From: Terriglobia bacterium
GTDB taxonomy: Bacteria; Acidobacteriota; Terriglobia; Versatilivoradales; Versatilivoraceae
NCBI GenBank assembly: GCA_041476565.1
Contig: JBGOTQ010000003.1
Location: 1-63,482 of the forward strand
Direction: 5' to 3'
DNA: 63,482 bases
Part shown: positions 1 through 10,115 of the stretch, piece by piece
How positions within the stretch are numbered: position 1 is the stretch's first letter
Layout: each line of letters opens with the position of its first letter
Program-made: the position numbers and the translations under genes
Notes under the pieces: model-generated
The model's database searches: none
What the model was told of the DNA's origin: nothing
Seen by the model: only the letters and a program-made list of their open reading frames with translations

Positions 1-1
1 A

Positions 2-649
2 GAAATAGAAAGGCCTGACAAGAGGACTTTTTGGGCACACATGGTCATTCATCCGATCATTCCGGAATTTGAACGGGTCGTGGGATTCCTGATTGTCTTA
101 ACTGACGTAACACGCCGGATTGAGTTGGAAAATGAACTCAGGCAATTGACAGTCACTGATGATTTGACGAGGCTCTATAATCAACGCAGCTTCTTCAAAC
201 AACTCAAGCGCGAGATTAAGAGAACCCAAAGGCGGAGTACCCCGCTTTCCCTCTGTATTTTTGATCTTGATCGGTTTAAGACCTACAACGACCAATATGG
301 CCATCTGGCTGGTGATGCGATTCTAGGCCGGGTTGGAGGTGTGACATCCAGGACCATTCGTGCAGGGGTTGACCTTCCCTTTCGATATGGAGGAGACGAG
401 TTTTGCCTTCTCCTGCCTGATACGGGAGCACGCGAAGCCCTGACTTCGGTAGAGCGCTTACGCCGGGCTATTGCTAAAGAATTCGACAATCAGATCAGCA
501 TCAGTGCTGGGATCGGCGAATATATGCCCAACATGGAAGAAAAAGAATTCATTGAATCAGTGGACCGAGCGATGTATCTGGCCAAACGAGATGGCGGGGA
601 TAAGGTCACGGTGGTGACAGCCGACTCCCGGCAATGGGAGCATTCATAG
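2..649 (+). CDS. PAS/PAC-GGDEF diguanylate cyclase, 5'-partial
   Basis: DxLTxLYNxR, DLDxFKxYNDxYGHxxGD and RYGGDEF motifs. Frame is open back to base 2 with PAC-like residues. Confidence 0.92.
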   Translation, partial: EIERPDKRTFWAHMVIHPIIPEFERVVGFLIVLTDVTRRIELENELRQLTVTDDLTRLYNQRSFFKQLKREIKRTQRRSTPLSLCIFDLDRFKTYNDQYGHLAGDAILGRVGGVTSRTIRAGVDLPFRYGGDEFCLLLPDTGAREALTSVERLRRAIAKEFDNQISISAGIGEYMPNMEEKEFIESVDRAMYLAKRDGGDKVTVVTADSRQWEHS

Positions 650-674
650 AGAACTGGAGAAAAGGGCCTGGATC

Positions 675-1574
675 ATGTTAAGAAAACTCTTTGGATTAAG
701 TGTTTCTTCTCACCAACAGAAGGCCGGGAAGTATGAACAGATCGGGAAGCTCGGCATGGCTAGACTGGAATTGGAGCAGGCCTTGGAAAACGTGGACCTG
801 GCGGACGCGGCCCTCAGGGAGAAGCTTCTTTCTGCTCTGGATCGGATTCAGGCCAAAGAAAAGGAAGATTCCGAAGCACGCGCCAAGGAGGCCCTGAGCC
901 GCGGCGATCAAAAGAAAGCCCGCTACCACTTGAACGTGGCTCTGTCCGGGCTGACAGAAGATAACCCTGCCTACGACCGTCTTCTGGAACAGCTCAATTC
1001 AATCCCGCAGGACAGTGAAGAGGCGGCAATGGTCGACGAGTTAGACAACACCCTTCGAGCCGAGGTCGGGGTGGACTTCCTAGATCGGCAGCGGTACTTG
1101 GAGTTCTGGAAGTCGGGATACCCGCCCTACAGAGAGGACTATTATTTCAATAAGGCCTTGACCTCAGAGGTCTTCCGGGCTCAGGCCGAACAAGTGGTAC
1201 AGAACCCGGAAGATGCTGACTCCCACTTTAATTTTGGAACGACCCTCGCGCAACTAGGTCTCATTGACAAGGCGCTGGAGGAGATCCGCTGTTTCGTAGC
1301 ACTCCGGCCTGACGATCGCGACGGCCACTATTTGCTGGCTAATCTCATGGCCGATCAGGGTCGTGACCATGAGGCGGTTCGGGAGTTTGAGCGAACTATC
1401 TCCCTGGATCCCGGGTTCCTGCAGGGATATTACTACCTGGCGGTACTCTATGCCGACCTGCAGGATTGGGAGCGAGCTGAGAAGTTGTTTGCCCATGTCG
1501 CAGAGCAAGGGAAGGGGACAGAACTGGCTGAAGAATCGCGCAGTCGCCTGGATGCGATTATTCACCGCAAGTGA
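675..1574 (+). CDS. Tetratricopeptide repeat protein
   Basis: Repeated TPR-like helices (AHFNFGTTLAQLG..KALEE, GHYLLANL..GR..EAVREFER). Confidence 0.8.
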   Translation: MLRKLFGLSVSSHQQKAGKYEQIGKLGMARLELEQALENVDLADAALREKLLSALDRIQAKEKEDSEARAKEALSRGDQKKARYHLNVALSGLTEDNPAYDRLLEQLNSIPQDSEEAAMVDELDNTLRAEVGVDFLDRQRYLEFWKSGYPPYREDYYFNKALTSEVFRAQAEQVVQNPEDADSHFNFGTTLAQLGLIDKALEEIRCFVALRPDDRDGHYLLANLMADQGRDHEAVREFERTISLDPGFLQGYYYLAVLYADLQDWERAEKLFAHVAEQGKGTELAEESRSRLDAIIHRK

Positions 1575-1585
1575 GGACAGCGAGG

Positions 1586-2464
1586 ATGAAGATACGAAAA
1601 GCCGTCTTTCCCGCCGCCGGCCTTGGGACCCGGTTCCTACCAGCCACGAAGTCACAGCCAAAAGAGATGTTGCCGTTGGTTGATAAACCCGTCATTCAAT
1701 ACGTGGTAGAGGAAGCTATGGCCTCCGGCATGGAAACCCTCATTATTGTGACCGGCCGTGGGAAGAATGCCATCGAAGACCATTTCGATGTTTCCTATGA
1801 ATTGGAAAAAATCCTGGAGGGCCGCGGCAAGATCGAACTCTTGGAACAAGTCCGTGCCATCTCAAAGATGGTGTCGATCTGTTACGTTCGGCAAAAAGAG
1901 GCATTGGGCCTTGGGCATGCAATTCTAGTTGCCCAGCCTTTAGTGGGGAATGAACCCTTCGCGGTGCTGCTGGGAGACGATATTATTTCGGCCGACGTAC
2001 CTTGTACACTCCAAATGGTCGAAGTCTATGAGAAATATCAATCCTCAGTGTTGGCTACTCAAGTTGTTGAGGGGCCAGAGATTTCTCGATACGGAGTCAT
2101 CAGGGGAGAACCGATAGCAGACGGCTCGAGAGACCCGCGGGTTTACAATGTTGAGGATCTTATCGAAAAACCTGCTTATTTAGAGGCCCCCTCTAACCTT
2201 GCAATCATTGGGAGATATATCCTTACACCGGAGATCTTCAACGTCTTGGAAAGTACTCCCCCCGATCAGAGTGGGGAGATTCAGCTGACCAACGGGCTCA
2301 AGAGGCTCCTGGAACAACAGCCTGTTCATGCCTACCGGTTCGAAGGGAAGCGCTATGATGCGGGGGACAAACTGGGTTTTCTAAAAGCTACAGTTGAATT
2401 CGCGCTTAAGCGCGAAGACCTGGGAGAAGAATTCCGATCCTACTTAAGATCCTTGAAACTGTGA
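1586..2464 (+). CDS. galU: UTP-glucose-1-phosphate uridylyltransferase
   Basis: KAVFPAAGLGTRFLPATK..PKEMLP, GLGHA, VEKP-like and GEIQLT motifs. ATG at 1586 follows GAGG. Confidence 0.96.
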   Translation: MKIRKAVFPAAGLGTRFLPATKSQPKEMLPLVDKPVIQYVVEEAMASGMETLIIVTGRGKNAIEDHFDVSYELEKILEGRGKIELLEQVRAISKMVSICYVRQKEALGLGHAILVAQPLVGNEPFAVLLGDDIISADVPCTLQMVEVYEKYQSSVLATQVVEGPEISRYGVIRGEPIADGSRDPRVYNVEDLIEKPAYLEAPSNLAIIGRYILTPEIFNVLESTPPDQSGEIQLTNGLKRLLEQQPVHAYRFEGKRYDAGDKLGFLKATVEFALKREDLGEEFRSYLRSLKL

Positions 2465-2549
2465 CTAGAAGGCATTTAAGTGGGAGAATTGCCGAAGCTG
2501 TAATCCCAGCCCCATTCTTTCTGCTTGGCCAAAACCCGAAAAAGAGTCG

Positions 2550-2573
2550 CCCCCCCCGGTTCGCCGGGGGGGG
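2550..2573. terminator. GC-rich hairpin, probable terminator
   Basis: CCCCCCCCGG-TTCG-CCGGGGGGGG (10 bp stem) downstream of galU. A T-rich tail follows on the minus strand. Confidence 0.5.
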
Positions 2574-3085
2574 GAATGTTTAGGTGAGACGTACTTCAAT
2601 GAGGAGTATAAAAACCGTTGGCGGGCTGTCGTAAGACAGCCGATCATAGGAAAGAAATTTAGTGTGGAAAGCTCGCATATACTCCGGAACCTCTGTCATC
2701 ATAACATTGGCTCCCTCGTAGCGGTGATCTGTGCTTGTACACTATAAAATGCCGAATTACGCGACCAACTCACCGCTAGAATGACTGAGCTAAATTAATC
2801 ATAGTTTAACTAAAATAAATCCAATGTCAAGTAAAAAAAGTTAATTTTTACTAATAAATATACATCACTCGACCTGCATTCTATCAAGTACAATAAAACT
2901 AATCGATTAATCTGAATTGAAAGGTCTCAACCCGACTGAGGAGTCTTGAATGATTCTCAAGACATCTAAGATTGTTCCTTGAATTTGGGACTCTAAGGAA
3001 CCTTCAACGACCCACGATCATTCTTGCAGGATCAGGATCAATGATATGGGAGTTGTCTTCCCGGCTGGGAGATTTTCATACAGGT

Positions 3086-4990
3086 ATGAAAAACATAGTG
3101 ATTGGAACAGCCGGCCACGTCGATCATGGGAAAAGTTCATTAGTTAAAGCCTTGACGGGAACCGGTCCGGATCGTCTGAAAGAGGAAAAGGAAAGGGGGA
3201 TCACCATTGACATCGGCTTTGCCAGCATGGATCTTGCAGACGGTCTCCATGTAAGTTTCGTGGATGTGCCAGGACACGAACGATTTGTCAAGAACATGCT
3301 GGCCGGAGCCGGTGGGATCGATGCGGTCATGCTCGTGGTGGCAGCCGATGAGTCGATAATGCCCCAAACCCGGGAACACCTCGACATTTGCAGACTCCTG
3401 GGAATCCGGAGTGGCTTAGTGGCGATTTCCAAAAGTGATCTTGTAGAGACCGAGTTTGTGGAGTTAGTTCGAGCAGAATTGCAGGACTATTTAAAAGGTT
3501 CATTCCTTGAAGAGGCGCCAATCGTTGCTGTCAGTTCAATCGATGGGTCGGGGCTGGATCAACTCAGGCATGCCATCCTTCAAATCGGGATGTCGACTCA
3601 ACCCAAGAACACCCAAACCGTCTGCCGTCTGCCCATAGACCGTTGTTTTTCCATGCGTGGTTTTGGTACGGTGGTCACTGGCACCTTAACCAGTGGGCAA
3701 CTGAGCCGTGACATGGAGGTTGAGGTCTACCCCGTTCACAAAATCACGAAGATTCGTGGCCTGCAGGTGCACAGTCGGCCCGTGGAGCACGCTGTCGCAG
3801 GCCAGCGTGTGGCCGTGAACCTGCAGAACATCGAAGTGGCGGAGATCCAGAGGGGGATGCAACTCTCGGTGCCTGGCCGTTTCCGCCCCTCCTCAGTGCT
3901 AGACACCAGCGTGCAATTGCTGAAGAGTTCTCCGACCAGCTTAAAGGGTCGGACTTCCATTCGTTTCCACCAGGGAGCTTCTGAATTGATGGCAACCTTA
4001 ACTCCTTTGGACCGGAAGGAAATTCTGGCGGGAACAACCGGCTACGCGCGGATTTCCCTGGAGGCACCAATTCTGTCGGTACCTGGAGATCGATTCGTGT
4101 TTCGGCGCACCTCGCCCATGATCACGATTGGAGGAGGAGTGATTCTAGACAATCATCCGCGCCGCTCGCGTAAAAGGACCAATACTGTGAATTTTCTCAA
4201 GGCAATCGATACCGGTTTGGTCGACCATTTGCTGCTGGGTCTAGCGAATCTGCAGGGAAGGGCAGGAGTCAGCCAATCCCAAGTCCTGGAAAGAAGCCTC
4301 GACCCTCCTGAATTCCTGGTCCAGCGCTTCCTGGAGTTATCGGGTCAAAACCAGCTCGTTCTGCTAAACCATAATCCCATCCAGGTCCTCTCTCGTGCCG
4401 TTTTTGAAGGCCTGTGCCAGCAAACTCTGGAGGCGGTCCGCACCTATCATCTTCGTGAACCTCTATCAGACGGCGTCCCGAAGGAGCAACTGCATTCCGA
4501 AGAGTTCCGTGGTTCTTCACCGGGCAGTTTCAAAGCAGTCATGGACCGACTCTCTGCGGAGGGGAGTCTTGTTTTGGAACAGGACAAGGTCAGGCTTGCG
4601 GGTCATCAGGTCTCACTGAATCCAGGGGAGGCGTCGAACAAGCAAAGGATCGAAGAGCTATTTCTGAAAGCCGCTTGGAAGGTTCCCGCCCTGGAGGAGG
4701 CGCTTTCCAATTTGGAAATCCCCAGAGATCAGGCTCGGGGATTAGTCCAGCTCTTGTCCAAGGAAAAGAAGCTGGTCAAGATATCCGAAGACTTGTGGTT
4801 CCATGCAGAATCCATCGGCCGCCTGAGGCAGATGCTCGTTGAATATAGGAAACAGAGCCAGACGATTGATGTGAGCCAATTCAAGGCACTGGCTGAAATT
4901 TCCCGCAAGTACGCTATCCCCTTGTTGGAGTACCTGGATCGAGAGCGGATCACACGGCGCGTTGGTGACATCCGTATGATTCTTGTGTGA
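3086..4990 (+). CDS. selB: Selenocysteine-specific translation elongation factor
   Basis: [20 protein letters not shown], [29 protein letters not shown]-terminal winged-helix end [14 protein letters not shown]. Confidence 0.97.
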   Translation: MKNIVIGTAGHVDHGKSSLVKALTGTGPDRLKEEKERGITIDIGFASMDLADGLHVSFVDVPGHERFVKNMLAGAGGIDAVMLVVAADESIMPQTREHLDICRLLGIRSGLVAISKSDLVETEFVELVRAELQDYLKGSFLEEAPIVAVSSIDGSGLDQLRHAILQIGMSTQPKNTQTVCRLPIDRCFSMRGFGTVVTGTLTSGQLSRDMEVEVYPVHKITKIRGLQVHSRPVEHAVAGQRVAVNLQNIEVAEIQRGMQLSVPGRFRPSSVLDTSVQLLKSSPTSLKGRTSIRFHQGASELMATLTPLDRKEILAGTTGYARISLEAPILSVPGDRFVFRRTSPMITIGGGVILDNHPRRSRKRTNTVNFLKAIDTGLVDHLLLGLANLQGRAGVSQSQVLERSLDPPEFLVQRFLELSGQNQLVLLNHNPIQVLSRAVFEGLCQQTLEAVRTYHLREPLSDGVPKEQLHSEEFRGSSPGSFKAVMDRLSAEGSLVLEQDKVRLAGHQVSLNPGEASNKQRIEELFLKAAWKVPALEEALSNLEIPRDQARGLVQLLSKEKKLVKISEDLWFHAESIGRLRQMLVEYRKQSQTIDVSQFKALAEISRKYAIPLLEYLDRERITRRVGDIRMILV

Positions 4991-5000
4991 CATGAACTGG

Positions 5001-6761
5001 CTATTTGGATTTCCGCAAGACTGAATCTAGTGGGGGATACTCGAGGGTATTCTCCACTTTGGCAATGGTGGCCGGGTCGTGATCTGGGAACGGCAATTCG
5101 TTGTTCTTTCGCCAGCGTTCCACCTCTGCTGCCGCGGCTCGGGATTTTTCTTGATCTGGTCCGGCCTCTTTGCCGAGGTAAAGGGTCTGGGATGGGAAAG
5201 CCAGGCTTGTCCCGGATTCCCCAACGAGGTCCATGATGCGCAAGAGGAGGTCCTCCTGAACGGCCAGGAACTCCGGATAATCCGAGGTCAAAATATAGGC
5301 AAAAACCTCCAAATCAATTGAAGATTGACCGAACCGCAGCAAGCGCACTCGAGCCGACGATGACTCGACTTTGGGATGTTGGTAGAGCAACTTGCGTATT
5401 TCCGCCAGCAGAAAACGAAGCTGATCTGCCGAGGTCTCGAAACGCAACCCGAGGGTGGGCCTAAAAAGAATCTTGTCGCGACGGCTAATATTTTCCAGGT
5501 TAGCGTTGGACAAGGCGCCATTGGGAATCGTCACCACGGTCCGATCGACCGTTCGGATGCGAGTGGACCTCAAGCCTATATCCTCCACCGTACCTGCCTG
5601 GTCTGCAACTTTGCAGAAATCGCCCACCTGGAAGGCTTGATCGCTCAAGAGTGAAATGCCTCCGAACAGGTTCTCCAAAGTCTTTTGGGCTCCAAGACCC
5701 AAAGCGATACTGCCGATTCCAATGCCGGCCCAGGCTGCGCTGACGTTGAACCCAAAGGACTGAAACACGAGGAGAATTAAAAGCACAAGAATGACAACCT
5801 TGAGGACCCGACGCCCGAGAAGGAACACGGAGTTGGCCAAGACCACGCTGGTCTTGGACAAGCGTGTGGCCAGACGACCGGTCAGAAAGTCAGTCAGCCT
5901 GGCCAGCGTCCAGTAGACAGCAACAGCCATGGGGATCCCTACTACCTGGCCGTAATACTGCCGGTAAAGCAAAGGGACCCCGAGGGCGTACAGAAATCTG
6001 TAGTGGAGAAAAAGCATCAGTAGGAGGGTTGCCGGACCGAGCCTGGGAATATGCAGCCGTGCTTCCGACCTCTCTCGCTTCATCCATGCCAGCCCCCACC
6101 GGGTTCTCCAACGGAGAAGCCCGAATAGCAAGAGGATTAGCCAGGCTCCCCCAAGGGCCACCGGGTATAACAAGATGATGGCAATCCACTGCCACAGGGG
6201 CATGTTGAGGATGTGGGTCTCCACCATATATCCCGGGAGGCGCTCTTCAAGATCCGAGAATTTGACAAGCTCATAAAAGTCGGGAAGCTGACGGAGTGTC
6301 TCTGCGGAGATCAACCAGATTTTCCCCACTTCTTTCTCAGAGACTTGAACGAGCAGGAGGCTTACCTCTTTCCCCTCAATCCGAATGTCTCCAGCCTGCT
6401 CCAGTCCGGGAGCCAGACCGTCATCTAATCTGCCTGAGGGCTCGTTACTCACGGCGTTCAGTTGGCCTACCCAATTCCGGTCGAGCAAGACTTTCAACTG
6501 ATTGGTTAGTTCAACTCCTTCTGCCTCAGTTTTGAATAAGTGGCCGGCCCTGGGCTGTAGGTATCGCATCGCCAGTGCGTAATTCCTCTTTTGGGCAGCA
6601 TCGATAAAGTGAAACAAAGTCTTTCGCGGTGAGGTTCGATCGAAGGGATCAACAGCCTGTGCCCCCCCCGCTTTCAAAGGCTGGCCAGCGGGCTGAATCT
6701 GCGCAATGGCCACGGACAAGGTGAGGAAGCTCGCCAGAATTAGCAGGACCAGCTTTTTCAT
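5001..6761 (-). CDS. Mechanosensitive ion channel, MscS family, with N-terminal periplasmic extension
   Basis: LGLGAQKTLENLFGGISL..FQVGD..GTVEDIGLRSTRIRT, IPNG and AFPSQT motifs. Signal-like N-terminus. Confidence 0.92.
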   Translation of the reverse strand: MKKLVLLILASFLTLSVAIAQIQPAGQPLKAGGAQAVDPFDRTSPRKTLFHFIDAAQKRNYALAMRYLQPRAGHLFKTEAEGVELTNQLKVLLDRNWVGQLNAVSNEPSGRLDDGLAPGLEQAGDIRIEGKEVSLLLVQVSEKEVGKIWLISAETLRQLPDFYELVKFSDLEERLPGYMVETHILNMPLWQWIAIILLYPVALGGAWLILLLFGLLRWRTRWGLAWMKRERSEARLHIPRLGPATLLLMLFLHYRFLYALGVPLLYRQYYGQVVGIPMAVAVYWTLARLTDFLTGRLATRLSKTSVVLANSVFLLGRRVLKVVILVLLILLVFQSFGFNVSAAWAGIGIGSIALGLGAQKTLENLFGGISLLSDQAFQVGDFCKVADQAGTVEDIGLRSTRIRTVDRTVVTIPNGALSNANLENISRRDKILFRPTLGLRFETSADQLRFLLAEIRKLLYQHPKVESSSARVRLLRFGQSSIDLEVFAYILTSDYPEFLAVQEDLLLRIMDLVGESGTSLAFPSQTLYLGKEAGPDQEKSRAAAAEVERWRKNNELPFPDHDPATIAKVENTLEYPPLDSVLRKSK

Positions 6762-7423
6762 AGTGGCGTGCAGTGTAACATTTTTGTGGGTGGATGATCC
6801 ATGGATCAACAACTACCGGGTGCAATCAAAAGCGACGGTCAACGGAGAAGTTGGGTCAGGTTTTCGATGCTCTTGGCAATCTTGGTCTTAATATGGACAA
6901 GTTGGGCTCTTAGGCGACTGGGCGCGCCCTCGGGTTAGTTGTAGACCGCGACCCAGCTTGCCGCGATCTGCTTTGCAACCCTCTGATTTCAACATATTCG
7001 AGAATGTCGTCTAAGCCAAAATAATGTAGAGGCTCCCTCTGCCCCCTGGCGATATGAAATTAGTTAACCAGATGTAGGACTGTGAGACTGCTTGCCTTGT
7101 AAGCCTGGGGGGAAGGAGGTATACTCTGAGTGGGGCACCAGGAACTGCGGAAGAGTCTGTAGTGATGGTGAAGCGAGTTTCCACTATCGCCGTGAAGCGT
7201 CCCCAGAAGGATTTGCCTTTTGGACAGGAGTAGATGCTAGGATGGCAGTCGGCGCGACTGGGAAGCCTGCAGGATGGCCATTTCGTAAGTGAGTTACACC
7301 GGTCACCGCGAGTGGTCAAACGTAAATCATAAGATCCTGCCGATGAACGCGCTCGGAGCATTGTCCAGTTTCCTCACATTCTGTTTGCCCTGAGCCTCTT
7401 CGGTGAGGAGCAAGGAGGAGATC

Positions 7424-7885
7424 ATGGTTTTGCCCAACCTGATGAAGATGGTTGAAACTCACGCGGAGGACCTCACTAATGAAGTCATGAGCGACCTCGC
7501 ACGGAACCCGAAAACCCCTTATTTCCACGGGATTCCTCCTCAGGAAGTTCACCGTCGGATTTATGATGTTTATCATAATCTCGGCCGTTGGTTGTCTGAA
7601 AAGAACGAAACCAACATACAGGCCGTCTACAGTGAAGTGGGCCGACGACGTCACGAAGAAGGTGTTCCATTGTATGAGGTGGTGTGCGCCGTGATTCTCA
7701 CCAAAGAACATCTTTGGGATTACATACGCAGAAATCAAGGATTGAGTTCCGCCGTCCAGCTTTACCAGCAAGAGGAACTGGTTCTCATGATTAGCCGGTT
7801 CTTTGATAAGGCCATCTACCATGCGGTGAAGGGGTACGAAAGTGTCCGAATGGTCGCGGTGTCGGCAGCAAGGAAGGCCGTCTGA
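7424..7885 (+). CDS. Stand-alone all-helical protein, RsbRD N-terminal-like
   Basis: Strong AAGGAGG RBS. Helical pattern with GRRRHEEGVPLYEV and RFFDKAIY resembles RsbRD_N-type domains (recognised from memory). Confidence 0.55.
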   Translation: MVLPNLMKMVETHAEDLTNEVMSDLARNPKTPYFHGIPPQEVHRRIYDVYHNLGRWLSEKNETNIQAVYSEVGRRRHEEGVPLYEVVCAVILTKEHLWDYIRRNQGLSSAVQLYQQEELVLMISRFFDKAIYHAVKGYESVRMVAVSAARKAV

Positions 7886-8205
7886 CTGGTTGCCAGGATT
7901 CCCCCGACCGGTTTGCTGAGTCACGCTCCAAGCGCTGATGGGTCCGGCCATGTCCGTCCTTAGCGGGTCCCGTCTGCTCATAATATGATTTTTTCCCACC
8001 GCTGCTGAGGAAGCAGCACAAGCCCAGTCCTAAGAAAAGGACCAAAGAAACATCGTGCCCGTCAATGCATCGCAGAGTTTCATGAACGTGCGTTCTCGAA
8101 GGTGGGCGCCGCGCTCAGTAGCGGCGAATCTCTCCGACATTGGAAAGCCGCGGACCTAGAAATCAGGTGCGCACTGGTGCCCTGGAAGGGGCATGAAAGG
8201 CTTCT

Positions 8206-8344
8206 ATGAAAATGCGAGTTTTGGTAGCCACGCCGACCGCTTTTTTCCAGGAGGCGTGGGCTTTTGGTTGTGAGGAAGAAGCCCACGGTTCGCGGCGACT
8301 GCTGTCGCCAATACGCTCACCATGGCTACCCCTCCCATTTTCAT
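8206..8344. repeat. Dispersed ~140 bp inverted-repeat element, copy 1
   Basis: Reverse complement matches 61487..61626 with about 14 differences by eye. Imperfect terminal repeats ATGAAAAT...GGTAGCCA. Confidence 0.9.
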
Positions 8345-8642
8345 CGACCGTGGTGACCTGAAAAAGGTCATGGGGCAATTCCTAAGCGGTGAGCTGGGTT
8401 GGCTAGGTCGTTTCTCTCAGTTCGGCGACGGGGATTCCAGACGGGGGGGCTGGCGACAGGTAAGAGCGCTAGGCTCTTCCATCGATTTTGCGCTCGTCTT
8501 CCCTGCTGTTAAAATACTGAAGTCGATGACTTATCCCCTATTCAAGAGCAGAGCTTTGCAATGAGTCGCAGGGTCGGTCGACCCTTTAAGCCTGACCCGT
8601 TCTCGATCCAAGAGTCTCTTTCTGGACGAATACGGAACTTCG

Positions 8643-8701
8643 GTAGGGACGTGCTGCCGCGCGTCCATTAAAGTCGAGGACACGGAGTACCGTGCCCCTA
8701 C
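8643..8701. repeat. Inverted pair of GTAG-footed REP-like palindromes
   Basis: GTAGGGACGTGCTGCCGCGCGTCC on plus and GTAGGGGCACGGTACTCCGTGTCC on minus, 9-11 nt apart. Confidence 0.65.
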
Positions 8702-8751
8702 TGTTTTAGCACCGAGATCTACCTATCTCTGAATCTGAAAGGAGAACCCTG

Positions 8752-9615
8752 ATGAAACCCACAGAAGCAAGAACGTATGCCGATCCCGAGGTTTTGGTGG
8801 CGACCAGTTGGGTAGCCACCAACCTTGAAAACCCGAAAGTCCGCATTATCGAGTCCAATGAGGATACTCTCCTATATTCTTCCGGGCACATACCGGCTGC
8901 CGTGCACGTAGACTGGACCAGCGATCTCAATGATTCGGTCCGCCGGGACTATATTCGAAAGGCTGGATTTGAGTCACTCATGTCGCGGATTGGGGTCACT
9001 CCCGATACGACGGTCGTCTTTTATGGTGACAAGAACAACTGGTGGGCCTGTTATGCTTTCTGGGTCTTCCAGCTCTTTGGCCACACCCGGGCCAAAGTCA
9101 TGGACGGTGGTCGGGTGAAATGGGAACGAGAGCGTCGCATGCTGACCCGCGAGGTTCGACAGTATCCAGAGACCCAGTACAAAGCCCAAGAACGGAATGA
9201 CAGTCTGAACCGTGCCTTTCGTGATGAGGTTTTGAAGCATATCGACCGAAAATTACCCCTGGTGGATGTCCGGTCAATTGATGAATACACGGGCAAACGG
9301 TTGCACATGCCCGACTATCCAAATGAAGGGGCTCTGCGGGGCGGGCATATCCCCGCTGCAAAGCATATCCCCTGGTCCAGGGCGATCAACCCCGAGACAG
9401 GTGCGTTTCGAAGTGCCGACGAACTCCGTCAGATTTACATGGACGAGAACGGACTCAACCCGGATGAGAACACCATCGCCTACTGCCGTATCGGAGAGAG
9501 AAGCAGCCACACCTGGTTTGTTCTCAAATACCTGCTGGGATTTAAAAATGTCAAGAACTATGATGGAAGTTGGACAGAGTGGGGAAACCTTGTCGACGTT
9601 CCGATTGAAAAGTAA
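8752..9615 (+). CDS. Thiosulfate/3-mercaptopyruvate sulfurtransferase (double rhodanese, SseA-like)
   Basis: [16 protein letters not shown], catalytic YCRIGERS and C-terminal YDGSWTEW signature. Confidence 0.94.
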   Translation: MKPTEARTYADPEVLVATSWVATNLENPKVRIIESNEDTLLYSSGHIPAAVHVDWTSDLNDSVRRDYIRKAGFESLMSRIGVTPDTTVVFYGDKNNWWACYAFWVFQLFGHTRAKVMDGGRVKWERERRMLTREVRQYPETQYKAQERNDSLNRAFRDEVLKHIDRKLPLVDVRSIDEYTGKRLHMPDYPNEGALRGGHIPAAKHIPWSRAINPETGAFRSADELRQIYMDENGLNPDENTIAYCRIGERSSHTWFVLKYLLGFKNVKNYDGSWTEWGNLVDVPIEK

Positions 9616-9650
9616 ACGGCAGGTTACCACTTGAGGAGGGTATTCAATCG

Positions 9651-10115
9651 ATGAGGGATGGCCCGGAAAGATTAAGAGAATTCCTGGAGACGATGGTGAT
9701 GGTGAGTGACGAAACTGAACGAGCAAGTGTCCTGATCAGCTATGCTGACCGGTTTAAAGAGGTGCCTCCCGACATTGCCCGGCGACCTTTCCCCGAGGAC
9801 CATCGAGTCCCTTTCTGTGAATCGGAAGCTTTCGTGTGGGCAGTTCCCAACCCGGATGGATCTCTCAAGTTTTATTTTGCTGTGGAAAATCCGTCTGGCG
9901 TGTCGGCTAAGGCCCTGGCGGTGATCTTAGACAAGACCCTTTCAGGGACACGTCCCGAGCAAGTGGCAACGGTCTCTCCGGACATTGTGGAAAAAATCTT
10001 CCGTCAAAATATCTCCATGGGCAAGGGGATGGGTCTCATGAGCATGGTCCAGGCTGTGCAGAGGTTAGCCCTCCGGGCTTGCGCCCGTAGTTCGTTATTT
10101 CAAGATCTCGCTTGA
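9651..10115 (+). CDS. sufE: SufE family sulfur-acceptor protein
   Basis: RVPFCESEAFVW with the conserved Cys. Follows the sulfurtransferase, as in the sseA-sufE pairing. Confidence 0.82.
   Translation: MRDGPERLREFLETMVMVSDETERASVLISYADRFKEVPPDIARRPFPEDHRVPFCESEAFVWAVPNPDGSLKFYFAVENPSGVSAKALAVILDKTLSGTRPEQVATVSPDIVEKIFRQNISMGKGMGLMSMVQAVQRLALRACARSSLFQDLA

Noticed and set aside
2465-2970. tRNA-Sec (selC) upstream of selB
   Set aside because: No UCA anticodon arm with a T-loop and long acceptor stem on either strand.
7081-7335. Small ORFs or ncRNA with AAGGAGGT upstream of the 7424 gene
   Set aside because: No well-placed start codon after the RBS-like sequence, no recognisable peptide, and only short hairpins.
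7316-7999. 227-aa minus-strand ORF and similar long antisense ORFs (e.g. 25952..26797, 29089..29841, 39322..40164)
   Set aside because: Shadow frames opposite well-supported genes, with no motifs.
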